From Octopus bimaculoides (Eukaryota), in the NCBI RefSeq assembly GCF_001194135.2, contig NC_068991.1, positions 39,031,880-39,095,879 of the forward strand: a stretch of 64,000 nt of DNA, read 5' to 3'. The notes beneath the pieces were generated by a model. The model had not been told where the DNA came from, did no database searches, and was given only the letters and a program-made list of their open reading frames with translations. Shown here one piece after another: positions 53,804-64,000 of this stretch (its first letter is position 1; each line of letters starts with the position of its first letter). Position numbers and translations under genes: made by a program.

Positions 53804-55262
53804 AACAACAAACAAGATGAGGACAAATATCCATCGAATGTAAATAATGCCTGTAAAAGTACTCGGAAGGTTGGGCCTCCAACCAGGCCTTTCATAATAC
53901 CCTTATAACCAGGAATTTTTCAGCTGCCCCTTGTATTGTCATACATATGTGCACACACACATATATATAATAGGCTTCTTTCAGTTTCTATCTACCACAA
54001 CCACTCTGAAGACTGAATTGAATTGAATTGTAGTTATAGAAAAAGACATGCTCTAGGTGTCGCACACTGGGACTGAACCCAAAACCACATGGATGGAAAG
54101 CAAACAACTGACCACACAGCTACACACCTGCATCTATCCATGTCTACAATCATATTTGGCAAATTTAAAATGGGTAGGCCTTTCCTCTATTTCATTTCAA
54201 ACCAAATCTAAAAATACAAAGCATAAATGTTATAACATTGTGTGAATTCACTGATATATATCCTTGTTAAGATGCATACATTAAATATTGTTTCCAGATA
54301 CACAATCCTAATCTAAATTTTTTGGGGGGTCTAACATTGAAAAATGTGACAATATTAATTTTAAACTTATTTATGACTTAGTTTTACTTAACAGACAAAT
54401 GTTAAAGTAAAAACTATACAATAAAATACTTCATATTTGTCTAGAAATTCTGACTTAATTATAATGTCAGCTCTCTTCCACCCCCACCCCCTGTTTACTG
54501 TATCATCATTTCTGTTCTACTGACCTGTACCATCAGAAAGTACCTACTCCTCTCGCTCACTCCTGGCATCCCTACTCATCATATATCTTGGAAGATCCAC
54601 TCTGACATTGCATACTAATTTTCAGTTCTATCCACAATACACACACACATGCAGACTCTTCTACAACATGAAACCCTTTTTGCTCTAATCCTTTTCTTTC
54701 ATACCTTATTTCTCTCTACTCCTTATTCTCTGTGCATAAAGTTCCACCTCCATGCTTCAGGTTCATGAAGTTTGCCTTGCAAGCTGCAAGGCAACCTCAC
54801 TAGTGCTGGTGGCATGGAAAAAACATCTAATATACACTGTAAAGTGGTATGGACAGAGAGCATCCAGTCATAGAAACCATGCCAAACAGACACTGGAGCA
54901 TGATGTGGTCCTGGGCCCATTGGATCCTGTCAAACCATGCAACCCATGCCAGCACAGAACACAAACATTAAACGATCTGATGCATTCAACTAATCTCTTT
55001 ATGAGAAAATAATAAAGCTCAGTTGTATTGTCTGATAAGTTTAATTCAGCAAAGTAGAGAAACAGAATGGCAAATCTATTAATTAGCATCTAACAATAAT
55101 TAAGTAAGAATTCTCATTTACTGCATCATTGAATTTGATTACTGTAATTTGTTTAATTTAAAGTGTATTGGATCCCAGAAGTATTTCAAGATTTGGATGA
55201 ATCTTAAGTGCCCAATTATTCATAAAAGTTGAAGTCAGTTTAGTACTGAAATAATAAAGAAT

Positions 55263-58200
55263 TTAAGCATGAGGTTCCCTGAAAATGTGGAGCCTGTAGC
55301 ATATTCTATGACAGCTATAGATTAATCTGTCATTGAGTGTGGTGTTAGTGAGGGAGAGGGGGTTCAACGCATCAAACTTTAAGCCAGTGGACTGATATTC
55401 TTTAGTCTTGATCAGTTGTCCTGATGAATAAATTTTCCAATTAATATGGAATACAATAGTTTTAAACAAGAAAAATGAATAGAAATTAAAACTGAAAGCT
55501 GAACAAAATTATACATGACACAAATGAATAATAAGAAAAAGACGAATAAGGTCATTTACCAATAGAAATTTATTTCTGATGATGAGGTGTTGAAATCATA
55601 AATTCATTGTACTTTCTCACAGTTTAGCGACTAGGTATTAGATCACCTAACACAATACATACTTTAAAAAGACTTTCACTATAATGACAGGTTGTTGTTG
55701 CTGAGATAGAAATTCATTGAGAGAGAGAGAGGGTGTGTGTGTACATGCATGTGTGTATGTGTGAAAGATAGATAGGTAGACTGTTTTCACTGTGGTTACT
55801 AACAAGATTTTCACTATATAACAGTCTACTATTAAAAGAAGGTACATGGATGATTAACAAATATTTCTACTGGTGGTGTAGTGATAGGTGAGACCTAGTT
55901 TAAATCCATTTCTGCTGTTGTATTTTCTCATAGTTTAGCAACTAGGTATTAGATCACCTTTATGCCAACATGTCATATTTCTGCAGTATATTTATCAGTA
56001 CTTGCAGCTAGCTAATATTTAAATGAAGTTATCTCTTCTCAGCTTTTTGGCAGAGATTCAAGTGTAATATGTTAATGAAGTTGTCACATGACTAAACTAC
56101 AAATGTAACTAATCTTTTCTACTCTAGGCACAAGGCCCGAAATTTTGGGGGAGGGGGCCAGTCAATTAGATCGACCCCAGTATGTAACTGGTACTTAATT
56201 TATCGACCCCGAAAGGATGAAAGGCAAAGTCAACCTGGGTGAAATTTGAACTCAGAATGTAAAGACAGACAAAGTACCATTTTGCCCAGCATGCTAACGT
56301 TTCTGCCAGCTTGCAAATGTAGCTAATGACACAAAGCTTGTACAGAAGTTGACATTTAACCTGTTCCAGAAATTAAGTGCCAATTTGTTAATTCTAAAAA
56401 AATTACAAACATTTTCATTAATGTTTAATCTTTCCATTTCAAAAGATGCATCTTGAAATGGTTTCAATCACCCTTTTATGCCAATCCAGTTTCCTCTACC
56501 ACCTTTGACACCAATGGTACCATGCTTTCAAGATATTTAGCAGATCCATTGCCTTTTATTGATTAAACAATTTGACTTGCATTGATTTTCTATCCCCAAC
56601 AATTAACAATCACATCACTGACACTATTATGATGTTGAGATTCAAACACTTGAAGCACTGTATATCAAGTTGTGTGTAGAAGTTTTTGGATGTCATTTTC
56701 TGGTGGTCATCCACCAAGCTTCAGAATTAATTGAACTACTTCAGGTACCAATGAATTCTTGGCAAGGAATGTAAAATTGGTTTCAAATTTTGGCATAAGG
56801 CGAGCAAACTTGGGGGAGGGGGTAAGTTGATTACATCAATCCCAGTACTCAAAATGATGAAAAGTGAAGTTGACCTTGGTGGAATTTGAACTCAGAATGT
56901 AAAGACTAACAAAATGCTGCTAAGCATTTTGCCCAGCATTCTAACAATTCTACCTGCTTGCTGCCTTAGGCAAGGAATGTAATATTAAAGACATCACTGT
57001 ATTTAACATAGAAGTCAATCAGAAATATCTTTATTAGTGTTTTAGCAAGTCAGCACATCTGATGACACTTGTCAGAAAACATTGAAAACTGCTTGCAAAC
57101 AAGCACTTACTTTGATACCTGCATAGAAGAATAGTGACTTGTACGGTAATAGTGAATATTCAACAGTAGTGATTATGTCACTGAATAGAGTTCGATATAC
57201 TGAAGTTTCTCAAAATATTATGGCCACAACCTACTTTACAAAACTTACCATCTTTGCCTTTCTTTTGATTACAATAGTCATCCTTGACTGAATTATCCTG
57301 CTTATGAAACTAAGTGCAGAAACTGGCAAAAAGGATCACTGTAGAAAGACATGCAAGGCTACTTTAGTGCATTTTAATACTTTAATTACCATTCATTCCA
57401 ACTGATCTATGCTTGCCACAGTACACTGTTCTGATATTGACACCTCAAGAACAATTGTTTCTTTTAAGTTGAGGATAAAGATTTGGAAGGCTTTGGCTGA
57501 TGCTAGCATTTCAGAAGCCTTCATCAATAAAACTGGAATGAATCAACACTGTTTAATAATACACCATTCTTCCAAGAACTTGACCATAGTTGATTTTTCT
57601 CTATCTACTTGTATCTTTAGTTTCTGCATAGAAAATTTCACACTCCTAGGAACTCATTATCAAAAGATAAAAAAGTGCCAGTTATAATGAATCTGTCTGA
57701 AAAAATTCATATCGGTAGAGACTTCCTATAGCAATATCAGAGAATATTGAAATTGGTAAAACTTAGCCTGCCTTAAGAGTATTTGCCGTAAGAGATGCTT
57801 TCCTATCTCCAACAACACTGATTCTATATCTCAAGACTGACTGCAAACCAATCGCTACATTATCAAAAAGACTTTGACAAAGTAAATAAAATTGTACTTA
57901 TCAAGGTTGAAACTGCAGATTTCCAGTCAGAAAGCATAAACAAACTGAGCAATTCACCGTGACAAGCATAGATTGTCATCCCTGTATCTAAAGAGTTCAT
58001 ATCATCAGATTGATTTTCTAAAATATGAGAAACCTTTTACAGCCTTTGAGCCCTGAGGTAAAATCTACCACTTTTGTCAGATTTCATTTTATCCTAACCA
58101 ATACTGTTGTACAATCTCAATGAATTATGAACCACACAGGCATGGCTGTGTAGTAAGAAGCTTGTTTCCCAACTACATGGTTCTGGGTTCAGTCCCACTA

Positions 58201-58749
58201 TGACACCATGGACAAGTGTCTTCTATTATAGCCCTGGGCCAACCTATACCTTGTGAGTAAATTTGGTTGACAGAAACTGAAAGAAGCTCATTTTGCATGT
58301 GTGTGTGTTTGGCAACTGGTGTCAGTGTGCCTATGTCCCTGCAACTTAGCAGTTCAACAAAAGAGACCAGCAGAATAATTACCAGGATTTAAAAAAAAAG
58401 TACTGGTGTCAATCCATTCAACTAAAAATTCTTCAAGACAGTGCCCGAGCATGGCTGCAGTCTAGTGACTGATACAAGTAAAAAGATAAAAAAGAAAAAG
58501 GAAGATAACTTCATAAGAAACAACAACCTGATAGATATGTTTACCTACAGAGACAATACTCTAGTTTGTGGAAGAACCTATGATCCTCCCATGGCTGTAT
58601 GCAACACCAGTCGTACTAAGTTTCAAGAAGCTTCTAAAGAATCTTACTTTCAATAAACTGACATTCATCTTTTGCAATACACCCATTGATTTTATTGGCA
58701 ACAATATATCACAAGAATTGATCACAACCAATCTTGAATGATTATATCT
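55263..58749 (-). other. Unresolved cluster of candidate minus-strand coding exons
   Basis: Open AG/GT-bounded segments at 58648-58749 (phase 0-0), 57898-58017 (1-1), 57249-57300 (0-1) and 55263-55420 (1-stop). No recognisable homology. Confidence 0.3.
56775..56968 (-). mobile_element. SINE family B with 14-bp target-site duplication
   Basis: ggcaaggaatgtaa at 56761-56774 and 56969-56982. Confidence 0.85.
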
Positions 58750-59834
58750 CTACAAAGTATTCCTTTTCTAAATGATGCATCCTCTTCTCTTTAGGCAATT
58801 AGTATGTTCTCCAATGATTCCCCTGGTAGATATATTTTTCATTTCTAAGACTAAATTAGATCCTTTAAGTGTAGTTTCTTCTGTTTTTCAAAGCAAAGAT
58901 GTAGGTTGTATAGCTAAGAATTTGGCAGAATCCTGCCTTAAGTACCTCATAACGTTTTTATTTTTTGGAATTTTCAGAGAATTTTTGCTTTTTTTATTTT
59001 CTCTTTTTTTTTCTGTTTTTTTTTTTTTAATCAGAGTTTAAAATATGGACAGTCTGAATTTCTTGCTTAAATACCAGCAATGGATCACTAAATGTGTTTA
59101 TGGGGAGAAAGATACTGAAAAACATCAATATGTCCAGAGTGACAAAGAATTGAGGAAGGTATCTGGTGGTCATGAGATGTGCTAAAAATAACAGCTAAAT
59201 AGCCCTTAAATTACATACAAAAAATTTATTTTTCCTTTTTGCATAATCACGTGGATTCTGATGTGTAGAACACAAATTTGCAAGCATTTTCTGAAAATTC
59301 CAAGAAATAAAAAAAGTTATGAGGTGTTATTTGGGGTGCTTAAACCAGAATTCCACCAAGAAATTCATTTAACAACCATCTAGTTTTGGGTTTGGTCCCA
59401 TTGCAGAGCACTTTGGCTAAAAGTCTTTTAGTATAGCCTTAGGTTAACCAATGCCCTATGAGTAAGATTTGGCAAATGAAAACTGTACAGAAGCTCATCG
59501 TTTATGTATATATATATACATATATATATATGTGTGTGTGTGTGTGTATATTTGTACATATGTATGCATATTTACATGTGTGTGTGTGTGTGTATGTACA
59601 AGTGTGTGTGAGTGAGTGTTTGACTCCTTGCATTTTTCGCATTGACACTACTTAAACAAAGGAGACATTTGTTTGTCTTGTGTAAACAATGTCCTGCAGC
59701 CAGGTGTTTGATGTGCAAAGATCAGTGGAGTAAAGTATGTTACTTGAAAAACAAGTCAGGAAGGACATCTGACCACAGAGTAATGCTTCAAGAAGTTTTA
59801 TCCAACCCATGCCAGTAAGGAGAAGTGGACAGTA

Positions 59835-60305
59835 AAATGATGATGATGATGATGATGACAATGACAACATTAATAACAGTGGTGATGATGATGATGATAA
59901 TAACAACAGCGATGTTGATGATGACAATGATGACAATGATGATGATGATGTTGATAACAATCATGGCAGCAGCAACAATGAGGATGATGATGACAATAAC
60001 AATGATGGCAGCGGTGATAATAATGATGACGATGATGATGATGATTCAAATTCTGCTGAGGTCAACTTTGCCTTTCATCCTTTCAGGGTCGATATATTAA
60101 GTACCAGTTATGTACTGGGGTCAATCTAACTGACTGGCTCCCTCCTCAAATGTTTTGGGCCTTGTGCCTAGAGTAGAAAAGATTAGTTACATTCGTAGTT
60201 TAGTCATGTGACAACTTCATTAACATATCACACTTGAATCTCTGCCAACGATGACAATGATAGTAGTGATGGTAATGATGATGATGATGATGATTGATGA
60301 CGATG
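59835..60305. repeat. (GAT)/(AAC)-rich trinucleotide tract interrupted by a SINE-plus-flank insertion
   Basis: Directly visible. It follows an RTE-type tail ending aaatgatgat. Confidence 0.85.
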
Positions 60306-63300
60306 AGTTGAACAAGGACATAGAATCAGTCATTTTTCCTGTTGCTAGTGAAGCTATAACATTTGTTACTGAGACAGATTCTGTTTCAGATTTTATCATT
60401 GCTGCTACCACCAATCAATCAAGATGGCCAGTTAACTTTTGTCTTGCTCAGTATCTACATCTGAATGAAAAAAGCATTCTTTAATCAAGAAGCATATACA
60501 GTTATTAAAGCATTGCAAAAGTGAAAACATTTTCTTGTTGGCTGATATTTCACTCTAAAAATGAATCAGGGGTCAGCATCTTTCATTTCTGACAACAATA
60601 AATGTTGAAAAATCAAGGATATTGGAACAAGGAAAAGGTATAAGAATAAAGTTAAATACAATGGTTCAAGTTGCATGTGGAATCACATCACAAAAGCAGC
60701 TTTCTGGGAGCTCAGTATCATTTTACAATTCAAGTATATGCACTGCAGATAACTGTGAAATCCTATAATCCATATTCTCATCAGAAATGTAATGTAAAAA
60801 TAACAATATAAATCAAAAAGAAACTGAAAGAAAAAAAGAAGGAATAAAAAGATACCTCAAAAGAATCAATTAACTCTGCTTAACATTTTACATCTTTAAC
60901 CCAAAATTGATACTCATTAAGTTCCCTTTTAAAAATATAAAAATTAGTCAAGACAAAGTGCATAAATATATCTACAGGCAGAAAAAATATAACAAAAACA
61001 GAACAGAAAATGGCTAATTACAAACTCATTAAAATGATAATAAAGAGGCAGCTGTTATTGCAATTAGAATCTAATTACTTAATTGATTAACAATGTTTGT
61101 AGCTCAAGTGGTATTTAAAATTGTTCCAACTTCTCTGTTATTTCAGTGAAATACAATAGTAAGGGTATTTCACAATATAACTTGATTCTGTTGTCGATGT
61201 GTTAGTTGTTTAACAGTTAAAATCACTTTGATTAGATAAATCCTTTTGTTACTATATTTCTGTTGAAATACTCAGTGTTTATTTCAGTTATTTTTGAAAA
61301 TTAGGTAGAATTTAGTAAAATAACTTTATCATTGTTAAGCTAATGTTTAGACATAAATCAACATGAAATTTTGATGGCAGAGTTTGATGTAGATAATTTT
61401 AAAGCAGTATGTTTGTATCATAGAACCAGAAATAATCTCAGGTGAGTTGGTACCAAAAGGTAAGGTTAAAAGTAAAAGTCACCTTCTTGAGTCATGCTGA
61501 CTCATAAGGGCTAGTTTCCAGGTTTCCATTGCATATAAATTCCCTACCTGCATGGGACACTGGTCTGTCACAGAATTACTCATTTCAGACAGCTGAGTGA
61601 ACTGGAACAACATGAAATGAAGTGTTTTGCTCAAGAACACAATGTGTCACCCAGTCCAGGAATACGAATCCATAATTTTATGATCATGAGACCAACACCC
61701 TAACCATTAAGCCATGAGCCTCCACTGGTATCAAAAGGGATATACTTGGAGCATATTGTTCTACAACAGCATGTTCCAAAACTTTGTTTTGAATTGCGTT
61801 ACAACACAAACAGACCAACAGTAGTTTATAAAAGAAAAGTCAAATGAATTCCTTTATGAACATCAGAGGTCTTTCCATAGAGCTTGTTGGTTAACTCCAG
61901 TTTATCTGCTACTAAATAGCTAAGAAACAACATTGCAATCCCTTGTCTCTGAACAGAGTATCAGTATATTACAGGTAATCTTTCCAGGGATTCTCTCAAC
62001 AGCTTGATTCTCTGTGACACATAAAATTCAATATCCATGATGTGTATTTGAACTCACAAGCCATGAACTGACAGTCTAATACGATACCAACTCAGCCTAA
62101 CTAATTATATAATCATCTCATTCATGTTGATTGATTAAAGTGATAATTGATTTTCTTGAAAAAATCTCACCCCTAAGGTCACAGCTAATCTGTTTTGAAG
62201 TAGCTAATCAAATCTGCATCTGGAATATTTTGAATAGAGAAACCATATAGTTTATTTACTTTTTTAGTTCTAACGAAAGACAGTTTATAATGTTAGGTAT
62301 CTGAAAGAAGTGGAAATGATGTGTGGTAGTGAAACATAGAACAGCAAATGCAGAAATTTGCAAAAATTAGAGAGGGATGAAAATAAGCATAATACATTGG
62401 AATGTGAGAGCGCTGGAAACAGAATTAATACGAGTGCCGGGCAACTGAGCAGATAGTATGATTCATAGCTTTTTACTGCTTCTGTGTTTTGTCAGTGGCC
62501 AAGACACTTGACTGAATTGCAGAGTATTCACCTAGCTCTATATACAAACTGCTGTAGAAAGATATGGCTCACTAGCAGTAGCATTGTAAAATTGCTGAAT
62601 GTTCTGTTAACTAAAAGTGCTGAGTTTAAGTGTTTCTAAGGACTTGGAGAAGGCTATAGAAAAAATCCACTGTAGTGAATTCTTTTCTTGAATTATTACA
62701 CAAAGTCTAGGCTTTCAGTATTGCTCCAGTGATCCAGCAATATTACAAGACTAGCAATATCTCAGTAGTGCACTGGATAGTACTGACCCTTCACTATTCA
62801 ATGGTGCACCCTCAGATTTACAGGGATACATTTATGTCGAAACTCCACTTAAGTATTATTACAAATTAGTACCCACCCAGAATACTCTGAAGCACCCCCA
62901 GGCACCAAAGTCTGGTGACAGTCCTGAGTGGATGTGAGAACAATTGCAAACAAATTCACTGAAACTAGACAGTTATATTATTGCATTTATTCATTTGGTG
63001 GTTGGGTGAAAAATTTCTGTATATTAACAGTGGAAAAGATCTGTGGCTGAAGTAAAGTAATAATATAACTGAGACTTAATATGAATCAGATAATCTGATA
63101 ATGCAAGACCTTCCAGAAAAGACCAATATGTAAGAAGTGATGTACTGCAGACATGGTGCATTCAAATCCATGCTAGCATGAAAGGCAAAAATTATAGCTC
63201 TAATAATTATAATACTACTGCTAGTATTGTTCCTGCTACTACTGCTGTTGTTGTCTGTTCTTCCTTTGTCTGGTTAATAGTCCTAAGGTCATTGCTGGTT

Positions 63301-64000
63301 GGTTGCCTGGTTGGTTGATTTGATAGATTGTTTGATCACTCTAATTCTCTGTAGCCAAGGGGCTAGACTATACTGGATTTATTATTTGAGATTTTATGTC
63401 TTGGAAGCATGTGGCGATTCACAATCAATAGATTATGGTTTGTTTTCTTATCAGCAATAAGTATACAAGTATATTATATAATAAGTATATGAAGTAATAA
63501 ATATATTGTTTGTGAAACTTTTGTAAATATACTGACATACGTTCATAAATATAAAAATACCCATATATTTACAAATAAGCATACATACACAATACACACA
63601 TGCATACATGTGCATACCCCCCCACACATATGCACACAATGGTTTTTGTGAAGGATATATATATATGTGCATGTGTGTATGTATGTATGTATATATATAT
63701 AAATATATGTGTGTGCGTGTATATATATATATATATATATATATGTTAATTCTCTAAATGAAGTATTAACAGTAACTGCACGATAAAGTGTAGTATATTG
63801 CCACTTAAGTGTGGCTGACCCCTAGGGGTGGATGTTACTGTTGCTTTTAGCCCCAGGAGGACATCTCCTCCAGCTGGCTTATCGACACACGACTGTGTCC
63901 TGTTTGCCAAGGGAAGTTATCCCTCTCACCTCGATCTGCAGCACGAACGTATCCGGATTTCAGGGTTATTTCCCTTCGTCGGCGTTCGACAGCTGATGAC

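Larger units (their letters stand above)
53015..53849 (+). mobile_element. Non-autonomous PLE derivative: terminal repeat - ORF N-terminal fragment - terminal repeat
   Basis: Two tRNA-head + (AAT)n + hammerhead units (from 53015 and 53602) flank about 250 nt reading NRYGADIRLQWRHIEKLHQK...FLYRCRDPKLIPPGLNIMTPVDSYKAKRVAERAGHALVHERI, a PLE-like N-terminus. Direct repeats cctgt at 53010-53014 and 53850-53854. Confidence 0.85.
52877..53910 (-). mobile_element. Mariner 3'-end fragment interrupted by the PLE derivative
   Basis: TA + cgagagggtgctgaaaagttcttgg TIR; reverse strand ends ...YVNLRGEYVE*; the sequence resumes at 53850 after the insertion. Confidence 0.75.

Noticed and set aside
55575-55660. 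C/D or H/ACA snoRNA
   Set aside because: ATGATGA is present but has no matching D box. The two hairpins are too far apart for an H/ACA RNA.
58648-58749. Selenocysteine read-through of the TGA in an alternative frame
   Set aside because: No selenoprotein motif or SECIS was seen, and another frame is open.

Overview
AT-rich, microsatellite-rich animal genomic DNA with five N-gaps. The SINE/RTE/mariner repeat set looks like an octopus (coleoid cephalopod) genome; this is inference from recalled repeat families. The one firmly supported host gene is a ZFAND3-like A20/AN1 zinc-finger gene on the minus strand. Its three coding exons (40860-40912, 36567-36607, 574-690) splice in phase to [36 protein letters not shown]..., and the gene continues left of the window. 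A divergent plus-strand first exon may lie near 44.4 kb, and unresolved coding-like exons lie at 55-59 kb. The rest is transposon debris: RTE LINE fragments, many tRNA-derived SINEs, mariner, maT-like and Tigger remnants, and MITEs. The main discovery is a Penelope-like retroelement (PLE) family whose terminal repeat joins a tRNA-derived Pol III-type head, an (AAT)n tract, the ORF start and a minimal hammerhead ribozyme. It is seen once on an RT/GIY-YIG copy and twice in a non-autonomous tandem insertion. A second, unrelated hammerhead-bearing element forms a 1.24-kb inverted repeat at 47.6-48.8 kb. All alignments and folds were done by eye, and repeat boundaries are approximate.
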